Shown here in pieces: positions 50,421-60,681 of a DNA stretch of 64,000 nt (positions are counted from its first letter, which is position 1; each line of letters starts with the position of its first letter). The notes beneath the pieces were generated by a model. It saw only the letters and a program-made list of their open reading frames with translations. It searched no databases and was not told where the DNA came from. A program made the position numbers and the translations under genes. The DNA lies in the NCBI GenBank assembly GCA_030754595.1, contig JASLZZ010000126.1:23135-87134 (forward strand), given 5' to 3'. The DNA comes from Nitrospinota bacterium. GTDB lineage: Bacteria; UBA8248.

Positions 50421-50834
50421 ATGGCCTATCTGTTCCATCAGGACGAGCTCCCGAAGCTGGTCTCGGTCACCCCGGGGCGGGAGCGCATTTTTTTCGCAAG
50501 TAAAGAGCTCGCCGACACCGACGCGATGCTGGCGGGGATCATCCGCTACAAAAAGGGCATCTCGTCCCCCCTCCATTTCCACAAGAACTGCGAGCATTTC
50601 TACTTTTTCCTCGAGGGCGCCGGAGAGGTCGAGACCGAGGAGGGAACCACCACCATCTCGCCGGGCACCCTCGTCTTCATCCCCGCCGAGGATAAGCACC
50701 GCCTCCGGGCGTCCGCGGATTCCACCCATTTCGAGTGCCAGGTCCCGAACCTCTTCAAGACCACGATCCTCGAGGGGACGGACGACGACCTGCGCTGGGA
50801 GAAGGTGGACGGCAAAATCTGGGTTCAGAGCTAA
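50421..50834 (+). CDS. cupin-domain protein
   Basis: HFH...EHFY.LEG and IPAEDKH motifs; AAGGAGG RBS. Confidence 0.88.
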   Translation: MAYLFHQDELPKLVSVTPGRERIFFASKELADTDAMLAGIIRYKKGISSPLHFHKNCEHFYFFLEGAGEVETEEGTTTISPGTLVFIPAEDKHRLRASADSTHFECQVPNLFKTTILEGTDDDLRWEKVDGKIWVQS

Positions 50835-50846
50835 GGAGGCGGCACG

Positions 50847-51182
50847 ATGATCACTTTTATCGATACCAACGAATGCAAGCGGGAAAACCTGGGCGGGGGC
50901 CGAGGCGATGCGGCCGAAGTGGTGAGCGGGGCGCTGTGCGGGGCCGAGGAGATCAAGGCTCACCTCCGCTGGCTCGGCGAAGGCGACGCCTTCGAGGCGG
51001 CGCCCATCCCGGACGCGCACCAGCTCATTTACGTAATGGAGGGCGAGGGCGTCGTGAGTCTCGAAGGCAAGGACTACGACGTCGGCCCCGGCGCGGGGCT
51101 CTATCTCGGCCCCGGCGAGGGCGCGAGTCTCCAAGGCACGGGCGCCCTCAAGGCGTTTCATCTTATCGGTCAGCCCAAGTAA
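50847..51182 (+). CDS. cupin-fold protein lacking canonical metal ligands
   Basis: QLIYVMEGEG, G.GLYLGPGE; AAGGAGG RBS. Confidence 0.75.
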   Translation: MITFIDTNECKRENLGGGRGDAAEVVSGALCGAEEIKAHLRWLGEGDAFEAAPIPDAHQLIYVMEGEGVVSLEGKDYDVGPGAGLYLGPGEGASLQGTGALKAFHLIGQPK

Positions 51183-51312
51183 CCGCGCCCGCGGGGAAGG
51201 CCCTGCGGGCGGCATCGTACTTGCGTCTGGGCAGCGGCCGTGCTCAAGAAGCGGCTGACTAGCATCGCACCGGCGACCGGCCCGCATTGACCCCGCCCCC
51301 GGAAGGACACCC

Positions 51313-52164
51313 GTGTTCCCCTCCTACATCTGGTACGCGCTCCTCGCCATGTCGTTCTACGGCGTGGTGGATTTCACCTACGGCCGCGCCACCCGCAAGG
51401 GCGTCACGCCGGGGACGATGCTCTGCTCGCAGTCGGCCATCGTCACGCCGTTGACGGGGATCTGGGCCTGGTGGGAGGGGACCTACCTCTGGTCGAAACC
51501 GGCCTTCCTCGGGATCGCGGCGGGCGTCTTCGTCTTCATCGGGCTCTGGGCGTTCATGAAAAGCCTCAAGCTCGGCCAGACGAGCGTCAGCACCCCCATC
51601 TACCGCATCAGCTTCGTCATCACCGCGTTGATCGCCATCCTCTTCCTCGGGGAGACGATGACGATCCGAAAAGGAATCGGATTTTTGCTCGCCGGGGCAG
51701 CGATCTTTTTCATCTCGGACTTCCGCCTCGGCGGCGCCGCGCGCGGGAGCGGAAAATCCATCCTCTGGGCGGTGACGGCGATGTGCGCGGTCGGTGTCCT
51801 CAACATCGTCTACAAACTCGGGGTGGCAAACGGCGTCTCGCCGGTGATGATGCTCCACAGCCAGGCGGTTTTTTTCATCACAATCGCCCTCATCTACGCC
51901 CGCGTCACTCAGGGCGGGCCGCGCTACTCCAGGGCCGGCTGGGCGCACGCCTCGGTCACGGCGCTCTCCTTCACGGGCGGGATCGTCGCCTTCCTGACCG
52001 CCCTCCAGAGCGGCGAGGCCAGCGTGGTGACCCCCATCGTGCAACTCAGTTTCGCCGTCAGCGTCCTGATGGCGACCTGGTGGCTGGACGAGCTGTTCAC
52101 CGCGCGAAAACTGGCGGGCCTGGCCTTCGCGGCCGGGACCATCGCGGCGTTCTCGGCGGGGTGA
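51313..52164 (+). CDS. EamA/DMT family transporter
   Basis: ~10 TM, two halves with G..S..TPI and LGE/LDE. Confidence 0.88.
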   Translation: MFPSYIWYALLAMSFYGVVDFTYGRATRKGVTPGTMLCSQSAIVTPLTGIWAWWEGTYLWSKPAFLGIAAGVFVFIGLWAFMKSLKLGQTSVSTPIYRISFVITALIAILFLGETMTIRKGIGFLLAGAAIFFISDFRLGGAARGSGKSILWAVTAMCAVGVLNIVYKLGVANGVSPVMMLHSQAVFFITIALIYARVTQGGPRYSRAGWAHASVTALSFTGGIVAFLTALQSGEASVVTPIVQLSFAVSVLMATWWLDELFTARKLAGLAFAAGTIAAFSAG

Positions 52165-52222
52165 TACGATTCCGGCGGCCGCCGGGCCACTCATCAACGC
52201 CGGCCGAAAGGATGGGACTGAA

Positions 52223-52894
52223 ATGAGCGAAGACCTGAGCGCGCCGGGGCAATCCCTGTTTCCGGATTACACCCGTATCGCCGGAATGTACGAGCGCGAG
52301 GTCGAGGGCCTGAGCGGCGAGCAGATCGATACTCTCCAGCCCGAGAAAAGCTGGGGCCAGTGGTCCATCCGCAACCAGGTTAGCCACGCCGCTTCGGTCC
52401 AGTACCGCCATTTTCTGGGCAACTGGGGCGAGGCGCTTTTTGGCGGAAATTTACCGCGGGACAAATCGCTCATCGACACCGGCGGGGCGGACCGGATACT
52501 CGACCCGGGCCGGTTTCACGAGATGCCCGTGCTGCTCGCGGCGCTCAAGGACGGAGCCGATCTGGTGTGGGAGATTCTCGCCGGCGAGACGCTTGGCAGC
52601 ATGAGGGCGAGAACCCAGAGCCGGACGATTAAAGCGGACGAGCGCTTCGCCAGCGGCGACAGCCGGATGGCCTACACCGAAAACCTCACCCTGAAGGCCC
52701 ACCCCGGCGCCTACTGGCGCGACGAAGGCGACCCCGAGCTATTTCACTACACCCTGGAATTCACTTTCCGCCACGTCCTCTGGGAGGGCTTCGCCCACCT
52801 CAGAACCATACAAGCCCACAAGCAGGCGATGGGGCTTCCCGCCGTCAACGACCTTCCCGAAGAAGGCTACCTGAAATATATTATGTGGGAATAG
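52223..52894 (+). CDS. DinB/YfiT-like protein
   Basis: WSIRNQVSH and HVLWEGFAHLRTI motifs. Confidence 0.7.
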   Translation: MSEDLSAPGQSLFPDYTRIAGMYEREVEGLSGEQIDTLQPEKSWGQWSIRNQVSHAASVQYRHFLGNWGEALFGGNLPRDKSLIDTGGADRILDPGRFHEMPVLLAALKDGADLVWEILAGETLGSMRARTQSRTIKADERFASGDSRMAYTENLTLKAHPGAYWRDEGDPELFHYTLEFTFRHVLWEGFAHLRTIQAHKQAMGLPAVNDLPEEGYLKYIMWE

Positions 52895-52960
52895 GACCAG
52901 CGACGCCGCCGGAGATGACGGACGGAAAGCGGGCGGTTGGCAGGCGGGTAGAAACCTCAC

Positions 52961-54919
52961 CTACTCCTCCTCGCGCAGCGCGGCCTCGATGTCCTCGATG
53001 GCGATGGCGATTTTTTCCCATTCCTCCATGTCGGCCCGGAGGGCGATGGAGACTTCCTTGTGGCGCTCGAGGAGCGAGTCCAGCTTTGCCTTGTTCGCAC
53101 CGTCGTAAATCCCCGGCTCGACCAGCTGCATCTTGAGATCATCCTCCTCTGACTCCATCCGGTGGATGCGCTCCTCGAGAGTGGCGGATTTTTTCTTGAG
53201 ATCGCGCGTCTCGCGGTGAACCCGGTTCCGGGACTCGGCGCTCCGCCGGCGCGCTTCCCGGTCCCTGCGGCGGGGAGCGGTTTTTTCGGCCGCCTCCTCT
53301 TTTTCGCCCTGGCGGCGCGCGGCGACGCCCTCCAGGTAGCCGTCGAGCGAGCCCCTGAGCGGCCGGATCGTCCCCTCCTCCACCACCCAGTAGCTCTCGC
53401 ACACCGACTCCAGGAGGTCGCGGTCGTGCGCCACGAGGATGAACGTCCCGGCGTAGGCCTCGAGGGCCTCCTCGAGCGCCGCCCGGGCGCTCATGTCGAG
53501 ATGGTTGGTCGGCTCGTCGAGGAGCAACAGGTTCGCCCCCGACATGAACAGCCGGGCCAGCGCCAGCCGCGCCCGCTCGCCCCCCGAGAGGACGGACACT
53601 TTCTTGAAAACCGATTCGCCCGAGAATAAAAATCCGCCCAGCAGGGAGCGAAGCGCGGTTTTGGTCGTAGATGGCGGGGCGGCCTCGCCCGCCGATTCGA
53701 TCACGGATTGGGCGGGCTCGAGGGCGTCGAGGACGATTTGCGAAAAATGTCCCACGCGCACCCGGTCCCCCGGCGCCGCGCGCCCGGCGCTCGCCTCGAT
53801 CTCGCCCGACACGATCCGCAGGAAAGTCGTCTTTCCCGCGCCGTTGGGGCCGATGAGCCCGATCTTCTCTCCGCGCATGAGCTTGAGGTCCACCCCCGAA
53901 AACACCTCGTTCGCCCCGTAGCTTTTGGCGAGGTCGCGGACGACGAGCGCTTCGTAGGCCGAGGCGGGCGGATCGGGGAGGCGAATTTTCGGTGCGGCCG
54001 CGGGGCGCGCTACGCGCTCGACGGGTTTGATTTTCTCGAGCTGCTTGACCCGGCTCTGGGCCTGCCGGGCCTTGGTTGCCTTGGCGCGGAAGCGGCGGAT
54101 GAAGCGCTCGAGCTCGGCGACGCGGCGGTCCTGCTGGGCGGCGGCTTTTTCGAGCTGCTCGATGTGGACCTCGCGCTGTAAGAGGTAGCTGTCGAAATTC
54201 CCCACGTAGCGGGTGAGCCGCCCGCCCTCGAGCTCGGCGATGACGCCGGCCGTGCGGTTGAGAAAATGGCTGTCGTGGGAGATGACGATCAGTGTGCCCG
54301 GAAAGCGGGCGAGGAATTTCTCGAGCCAGGCGACCGATTCGATGTCGAGGTGGTTGGTCGGCTCGTCGAGCAACAACAGGTCGGGCCGGGAGAAAAGGAG
54401 CCGCGCCAGGGCGGCCCGCATCCGCCAGCCGCCGGAAAACTCGTTGAGCGGGCTGTGAATCTCCCCGGCCGAAAAGCCCAGGCCCATGAGGATCGACGAC
54501 GCGCGCGAGTCGGCCTCGAAGGAGCCGATTTGCTCGAGGCTGTGATCGACCTCGCCCAGCCGGGCCGAGAGCCTATCGAGCTCCCCGCCCCCCGCCGCGG
54601 CGTCCAGCCGGGCGTGAAGCGCCGCCTGCTCCCCGCGCAGGCGGATGAGCTCGCGATCGCCCCCAAGCACCTCGGCCAGAACGGGACTATCCGTGGCCTC
54701 GAGCTCCTGGCGGAGAACCCCCACCCGGATTCGCCCCCGCAGATTCACCGAACCGGCGTCAACGCCCTCAGCGCCCTCGATGATGCGGAAGATCGTCGTC
54801 TTCCCGGCCCCGTTGGGGCCGATGAGGCCGACCCGCTCGCCGGGATGGACGGCGAGGGAGGCGCCCTCCAGGACAACCTGACCGCCAAATTGTTTTCGAA
54901 CCCCTTCGAGTCTCAACAT
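52961..54919 (-). CDS. ABC-F family ATPase (YheS/Uup-like)
   Basis: two GPNGAGKT/LLDEPTNHLD cassettes, FSGGW, LSGGE, KARQAQSR linker, no TM. Confidence 0.94.
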   Translation of the reverse strand: MLRLEGVRKQFGGQVVLEGASLAVHPGERVGLIGPNGAGKTTIFRIIEGAEGVDAGSVNLRGRIRVGVLRQELEATDSPVLAEVLGGDRELIRLRGEQAALHARLDAAAGGGELDRLSARLGEVDHSLEQIGSFEADSRASSILMGLGFSAGEIHSPLNEFSGGWRMRAALARLLFSRPDLLLLDEPTNHLDIESVAWLEKFLARFPGTLIVISHDSHFLNRTAGVIAELEGGRLTRYVGNFDSYLLQREVHIEQLEKAAAQQDRRVAELERFIRRFRAKATKARQAQSRVKQLEKIKPVERVARPAAAPKIRLPDPPASAYEALVVRDLAKSYGANEVFSGVDLKLMRGEKIGLIGPNGAGKTTFLRIVSGEIEASAGRAAPGDRVRVGHFSQIVLDALEPAQSVIESAGEAAPPSTTKTALRSLLGGFLFSGESVFKKVSVLSGGERARLALARLFMSGANLLLLDEPTNHLDMSARAALEEALEAYAGTFILVAHDRDLLESVCESYWVVEEGTIRPLRGSLDGYLEGVAARRQGEKEEAAEKTAPRRRDREARRRSAESRNRVHRETRDLKKKSATLEERIHRMESEEDDLKMQLVEPGIYDGANKAKLDSLLERHKEVSIALRADMEEWEKIAIAIEDIEAALREEE

Positions 54920-55116
54920 GGGGGGAGACTATAAGTGAGATCGTGTGGTTTGCACGAGGGGGGCAGGCACTTTAATTCTCACCGCCCGCCGCCGGTGGAA
55001 AACGCCCTCCTTGACCGGGGTCCGATCATAAAGTAAAAAATAGATGTGGCCGGCAATACAATGACAATTCTACATCTTCTGCCAGTAAAAATAATTCTGA
55101 AATTTTCGGCAAGCGC

Positions 55117-58100
55117 ATGGAGTTTGCGATGAGCCCCCAAGTGCCGCAAGACGCCCGGCAGCGGGAGACTTCCCCCCCCGCTCCTCTTTCCCGGCTGGCG
55201 GACACCTCCCGTAAGTTTTTCGAGACCACCGACCCCCCCATGCTCCTCCGGAGGGTCTGCGAGGAGTCCTGCGACCTGCTCGGCGCCGATCGCGCGCTGA
55301 TCGCCCGGGTGGATTTCGGCGAAGTCATTCGCCAGGAAATTATCCAGGTCCACCAGGTTCCGCCCGAATTTCTCGATCTGGCCGAGCGCTCCACCCTCGT
55401 TTCGCAGATGCTGCCCGATCTTTTCAGGGAGGGCCGGCCCCATGTCATCCAAGGCCTGGTTTTCGATCCGAACTCCGTTCTCGGAGACGCCGGAAACCAG
55501 ACGGTCTGCATCGTTCCTCTGATTGTTGACCGGGAGCCTTACGGATGGCTGGGTCTGGTTCATCTCTCCTCCAAGGAATATTCCCACGAGGACCTGATGC
55601 TCGCCGAGTCTCTCGGTGACCTCGCCTCCCTGGCCATCCGAAACGCCGGCCGGGAGCGGGACTCCACCCGGGCCCTTGTCCGTGGGACCGCTCTGACCGC
55701 CGCCGCCGCACAGCTCGCCGAGGGCGGTGGCCTGTCCGCCGTCCTGGAGTCCCTGGCCGAGTCCGCCGCTAGAGTGTTCGGAGGGGAGGCGGGATTCCGA
55801 ATCCTCGAAGACGAGCATCTGGTCCGCGCCGCAGCGACCACGGCGGCAAGATTTTCGATGAAAACCGATCGCGCCCGGATCGACACCACCCTCGGCGGGA
55901 GGGCGGCCGTTCTCGGGGAGCCGGTTCTGAGCCCCGATGCCGCTCTCGACCCCCGCATCGACGAGATAGACCGGGAGGCCATCGTTCCCGGACGGACGGG
56001 CTCGTGGATGATTCTCCCGGCCAAATCCGGCGGCCGCGTGCGGGGCACGCTCCATATTTTCCGCGAGCAGGGCCATGAGTTCATTCAAAAAGAGATCGAT
56101 AAGGGGATCAGCCTGGCGGACCAGGCGGCGCTCGCCATCGAACTCTCCGCCCTGCGCCAGGAGGACCAGCGCACCGAGGGTCTCTTCGAGGCCATGATCG
56201 AGGGTTGCGAGGATGCGATCTTCGCCTTCAACCGGAAATTCGAACTGATCCACTGGAACGCGGGGGCGGAGGACCTGCTCGGCTACTCATCCAACGAGGC
56301 CGCCGGAAGGCCTATCGAATCGGTCCTCGCCGAAGCACGTCTTTTCCGCGAAAAAGCGCAACATGTTTTCGACATCGGAAACCGCATCCGCTTCGAGGAC
56401 ACTTACAAGAGCAAATTCGGGTTCATGGTCCCCGCGAGCGTAAAAATCATCCCGCTCAAGGACGAGGAAGGAAAAATCACGGCGGCCGCCGCGTTGATCA
56501 GGGACCTTACCGGGCAGAGGCGGGCGGAATCTGATCTGATCCTGAGGGACCGGGCGCTGGACTCGACCGATCACGGCGTCCTGATCACCGATCCCTCCCT
56601 TCCCAACAATCCGATTATCTACGCCAACGAGTCGTTCGAGAGAATCACGGGATACGCCATCTCGGAGGTCTTCGGCAGGAGCTTTCGCTTTCTACAAGGG
56701 GAGGAGGAGGGCCAGCCGGACATCGACGAGATCCGGGAATCGGTCGAGGAAAACCGGGCTGGCCATGCCGTGCTGCGCAGTCCCCGGAAGGACGGATCGC
56801 TCTTCTGGAACGAAATGCACATCATTCCCTTCCGCGACGACATCGGCGCGATCACCCATCACATCACCGTCATATGCGACATCACCGACCAGAAAAATGC
56901 GGAGGAGCGCCTGGTCCAGGCCAAGGACGAGGCCGAGGCCGCCAACCGGGCCAAGGACGAATACCTCGCCAACATCAATCACGAACTTCGCTCTCCGCTC
57001 GGCTCGGTGGCCGCCTTCGGCGAGACGCTGCTGAACCGCCCCGACGAGGAAACGGCCCTCGATATCGGCCGGAAAATCAAGGGCACTGCCGGCCATCTTG
57101 CCCGGCTGATCGAGGATCTTCTCGACTTCAACCGGATCGAATCGGGCAAGGTCTCGCTGAATCGCGAGGACACGCTGATCAGCGATCTCGTCAACCACAC
57201 CATCGATGAGCTGCAATCCAGGACGCCGGAGGGGATTTCGTTTCGCGCCGTGCTCGACCCCGCGTTCGATCTGCTCTCCTGCGATCCGGCGCACATCCGC
57301 CGGGTGCTGACGAATCTTCTCGACAACGCCGTCAAATACTCCCCCGGCGGGGGGAGCGTCCCCGGCGGGGGGACCATCACGGTCCGCACCGAATCCTACC
57401 CGGGAGAATTCCGAGTGAGCGTCCAGGACGAGGGGATCGGAATCGCCCCCGACGACCGGGAGGCGGTGTTCGATCGCTTCCGCCAGCTCGAAAGCGGTGC
57501 GGGAAATGAGGGCGGCGGCCTGGGCATCGGCCTCAACATCGCTCAGAAGCTCATTCATCTGCACGGCGGGCGCATCTGGGTCGAGAGCGAGGAAGGCCGG
57601 GGAAGCACATTCATCTTCGCCCTTCCCCAGAGCTTCGGAGCCGAGCGCGGCGCCCTCGCCCGTCCGGCCCCCGTTGCGACGCCCGGGACCGAGGAGCCGC
57701 CCCTCCCCGACGCCGGAGGGATCGATATCGGCGAGGGCGGAGGGAAGGGCCATAACTTCGGTGAGCCTTGGGCGAAACGGTCGATCCTGGTGGTGGACGA
57801 CGACCCCTACTTCCACGAATACATCGAGCTTTTGATGGCAAGCGCGGCGAAGGTATTCCCCGCCCGCGACGGAAAACAGGGGGTCGATGCGGCCCTCCGG
57901 CTGAAACCCGATCTGATTTTCATGGACCTGCGGATGCTCGTCCTCGACGGTTTCAGCGCCATCGAAAATCTCAAGTCCGACCCCGAAACGAGGGACATCC
58001 CTGTCCTGGCGGTGACGGCGTACGGAGTCGAAGAGAACAGACCGCGCGCCATCGCGGCCGGCGCGGACGGCATCATCACCAAACCCATCGACTCGCTCTT

Positions 58101-58143
58101 TTTGACCGAAGAGGTCGGGCGCGTCCTCAGCCAGGCCGGCTAA
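55117..58143 (+). CDS. cytoplasmic hybrid histidine kinase GAF-GAF-PAS-PAS(LOV-like)-HisKA-HATPase-REC
   Basis: HELRSPL, NAVKY, DEGIG, GLGIGL, C-terminal VVDDD/FMD/KP; no TM. Confidence 0.92.
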   Translation: MEFAMSPQVPQDARQRETSPPAPLSRLADTSRKFFETTDPPMLLRRVCEESCDLLGADRALIARVDFGEVIRQEIIQVHQVPPEFLDLAERSTLVSQMLPDLFREGRPHVIQGLVFDPNSVLGDAGNQTVCIVPLIVDREPYGWLGLVHLSSKEYSHEDLMLAESLGDLASLAIRNAGRERDSTRALVRGTALTAAAAQLAEGGGLSAVLESLAESAARVFGGEAGFRILEDEHLVRAAATTAARFSMKTDRARIDTTLGGRAAVLGEPVLSPDAALDPRIDEIDREAIVPGRTGSWMILPAKSGGRVRGTLHIFREQGHEFIQKEIDKGISLADQAALAIELSALRQEDQRTEGLFEAMIEGCEDAIFAFNRKFELIHWNAGAEDLLGYSSNEAAGRPIESVLAEARLFREKAQHVFDIGNRIRFEDTYKSKFGFMVPASVKIIPLKDEEGKITAAAALIRDLTGQRRAESDLILRDRALDSTDHGVLITDPSLPNNPIIYANESFERITGYAISEVFGRSFRFLQGEEEGQPDIDEIRESVEENRAGHAVLRSPRKDGSLFWNEMHIIPFRDDIGAITHHITVICDITDQKNAEERLVQAKDEAEAANRAKDEYLANINHELRSPLGSVAAFGETLLNRPDEETALDIGRKIKGTAGHLARLIEDLLDFNRIESGKVSLNREDTLISDLVNHTIDELQSRTPEGISFRAVLDPAFDLLSCDPAHIRRVLTNLLDNAVKYSPGGGSVPGGGTITVRTESYPGEFRVSVQDEGIGIAPDDREAVFDRFRQLESGAGNEGGGLGIGLNIAQKLIHLHGGRIWVESEEGRGSTFIFALPQSFGAERGALARPAPVATPGTEEPPLPDAGGIDIGEGGGKGHNFGEPWAKRSILVVDDDPYFHEYIELLMASAAKVFPARDGKQGVDAALRLKPDLIFMDLRMLVLDGFSAIENLKSDPETRDIPVLAVTAYGVEENRPRAIAAGADGIITKPIDSLFLTEEVGRVLSQAG

Positions 58144-58338
58144 AGCATCGGGCCGGCTCCTTCGCCGGGCCGGGGTTTCCCCCGGGCTGTCTAACGCCAA
58201 CCACCCTCCTCCCGGCGGAGGAGATTTCATATGGTGGGCTCAAGCCCCTTCGGGGAAAACCCCTCTGGGGGAAACTGGCCGGGAAGAGCCCCGGTCACCC
58301 TCTTTCGACCGCCCTCTTTCGACCGTCAAAGGACCCCC

Positions 58339-58827
58339 ATGCCGACCTTCGATATTGTCTCCAAGACCGACATGCAGGAAGTGGACAACGCCATTAACGG
58401 CATCACCCGCGAGATCAAGCAGCGCTACGACTTCAAGGGAAGCAAGTGCTCGGTCGATCGGAGCAAGGCGAGCATCACTATCAACGCCGACGACGACTTC
58501 AAGCTCAAGCAGGTGCACGAGCTCATCACCACCTACTTCACCCGGCGAAAGGTGGACCCGCGCGTGCTCGTCTACAAGGAGCCCGAAGGGGCCTCGGGCG
58601 GCTCCCTGCGCCAGCAGGTCACCGTCCGCGAAGGGATTGACCAGGAAACGGCGAGGTATATCGTCAAGGAGATCAAGGGCTCGAAACTCAAGGTCCAGGT
58701 GGCCGTCCAGGGCAACGAGCTCCGCGTCTCGGGCAAGAAACGGGACAACCTTCAGGAAGTCATCTCCCTGTGCAAGGGCCTCAAGAAAGTGGACCAGCCT
58801 CTTCAATTCGTTAATTTCCGCGACTGA
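58339..58827 (+). CDS. yajQ: YajQ family nucleotide/c-di-GMP-binding protein
   Basis: MPTFDIVS, RYDFKG, KLKVQ, RVSGKKRD.LQ, QF.NFRD. Confidence 0.95.
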   Translation: MPTFDIVSKTDMQEVDNAINGITREIKQRYDFKGSKCSVDRSKASITINADDDFKLKQVHELITTYFTRRKVDPRVLVYKEPEGASGGSLRQQVTVREGIDQETARYIVKEIKGSKLKVQVAVQGNELRVSGKKRDNLQEVISLCKGLKKVDQPLQFVNFRD

Positions 58828-58877
58828 GCCCCACGGGCGCTTCGGGCGCCGAGGGCGCCGCCCGAGAAAATAAAACC

Positions 58878-59495
58878 ATGATGCGAAAAGGAATCTTCAC
58901 CGCGCTTTTCGCGGCCGCCGTTTACCTGCCCGGATGCGCGGCCGTCGTGACGATCGTGGCGCAGAAGGCCTACGAGGACCGCTCCACCGCAGGGCAGATC
59001 ACCGACGCCAAGATTCACGCCCGGATTCTCAACCTCCTCTCCAGCACCGACCCCAATCTCCCCATCGATGTGAACACCGACGTCTGGCGGCGGCGGGTGC
59101 TCTTCACCGGCGCCCTCGACGACCCGGGGTTGCGCCGGGGAATCGAAAAAGCCGTGCGCAAGGATGGGCGCATCCACGCCACCCACAACCACATCCAGAT
59201 CGTATCGAAGCGGGTCAAGGAGAGAAGAAGAGCCTCCCGGGGCGGCGGAGAGCCGCCGAACGTGAAAGTGGGCCGGCTCATCAGCGACGCCTGGATCGGC
59301 GCGAAAATCAAAGTGCGCCTCCTGGCCGCGGCCGGCGTCAAGTCGGTCAACTACCGCTGGCAGGTGGTGCTGAACCGGGTCTACGTCATCGGGACCGCCG
59401 GGTCGCGGGCCGAGCGCGGCCTCGTCCTCCGCATCCTCCGCGCCACCAAAGGCGTCAAAAGCGTCGTGAGCCACATCGATACCGACACCCGCTGA
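58878..59495 (+). CDS. dual-BON-domain lipoprotein (DolP/YraP-like)
   Basis: lipobox LPGC, DRS..QITD, SDAWI..KIK..L, GVKSV. Confidence 0.85.
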   Translation: MMRKGIFTALFAAAVYLPGCAAVVTIVAQKAYEDRSTAGQITDAKIHARILNLLSSTDPNLPIDVNTDVWRRRVLFTGALDDPGLRRGIEKAVRKDGRIHATHNHIQIVSKRVKERRRASRGGGEPPNVKVGRLISDAWIGAKIKVRLLAAAGVKSVNYRWQVVLNRVYVIGTAGSRAERGLVLRILRATKGVKSVVSHIDTDTR

Positions 59496-59609
59496 CCGGC
59501 CTCCACCACCCTGCCGTCTTAAGCGTCTTAATCGCGCCCCGCCATCCTGACAGTCTTAACCCGCACCCGGCCGGCCGAACTTCCCGGCCCGAGAGGGGCC
59601 CGTCCCCGC

Positions 59610-60497
59610 CTACAAAATCCGCCAGGCGATGAGCGCCCCGCCCGCGACGACGAACACTGTCCCCGAGACGATCCAGGCGGTCACGCGTTCGAGGTCGCGC
59701 AGGAAGAACAAGCTCAGGGTCAGCGCGAAGAAAGGGGCGGTCGCCGAGAGCGGCGAGATCACGGCGAGGTCGCCGTAGCGAATCGCGGCGAAGTGGGAGA
59801 GAAAGGCGAACGAGTTGATCAGCCCGCACACCCCGTAGAAGGTCCAGACCTTGCCCCATTTGAGATTCGGGCGGTGACCGGCGGGCATGAACCGCATCGA
59901 TAGCAAGAGGAAAATCAGCCCGGTCAGGCTGGTGAGCGTGATGCCGAGTATCGGCGAGGGCACCGCCTCCATCCCCGCCTTGCGGAAGATGTTGGAGATC
60001 GAGAATCCGGCGACGGCGGCCAGGGGCAGCCAGATGGCGCGTCGGTTCCAGCCGGGTTCCGTCTTCCCCTTCATGGTGATCGCCACGCAGCCGGCGACGA
60101 CGAGGAAGGTCCCCGCCCAGATGTAGGGCCCCGGCCGCTCGCCGAGAATAGAGTAGGCGAGCACCGCCGTGAACAGCGGGTTCGTCGCCATGAGGGGCAT
60201 CGCCCGCGACACCCCCAGATTGTGAATCCCCAGGAACATGAACATCCGCCCGAGGGCGGGGCCCGTCAGCCCCGAGCCCGTGAGGAGAAGAAACGCCCAC
60301 GGGTTCCACCAGGAGGGCTCCCAGAGCCAGATCGTAGCGGCGACGAGCCAGGGGATATTCACGATCAACCCGATGATCACCCCGGTGGCGGCGTTGCCGT
60401 GCACCTGTCCCCGGCGGACGATGAGGGAAAACGTCGCCGCCAGCACCGCGGAGCCCAGGGAAAATATCACCGCCAGATGGGATTCGCTCAACGGCAT
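59610..60497 (-). CDS. EamA/DMT transporter (paralogue 4 of tandem array)
   Basis: GP.LGR, LGERPG, FRKAG, GDL, LRDLERVT. Confidence 0.9.
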   Translation of the reverse strand: MPLSESHLAVIFSLGSAVLAATFSLIVRRGQVHGNAATGVIIGLIVNIPWLVAATIWLWEPSWWNPWAFLLLTGSGLTGPALGRMFMFLGIHNLGVSRAMPLMATNPLFTAVLAYSILGERPGPYIWAGTFLVVAGCVAITMKGKTEPGWNRRAIWLPLAAVAGFSISNIFRKAGMEAVPSPILGITLTSLTGLIFLLLSMRFMPAGHRPNLKWGKVWTFYGVCGLINSFAFLSHFAAIRYGDLAVISPLSATAPFFALTLSLFFLRDLERVTAWIVSGTVFVVAGGALIAWRIL

Positions 60498-60681
60498 GGG
60501 TTCACCTGAATCGCCTCATGAAAGTGCGCCGGAACGCGCCACTCACGTTGTGGGCGGCACCCGTGCCGGGCCGAAAATCTAGCAGAAATCCCGCCGGGAC
60601 CGCTCCCGGGCGGAAACCACGCCGGGGCGGCCCCGCCTTGCGGCAGGTCACCTGCCGGGCCGCGCCGTACGGCGCGTCACA

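Noticed and set aside
59505..59565. GTCTTAA repeated three times between convergent genes
   Set aside because: Too short and irregular to assign a function
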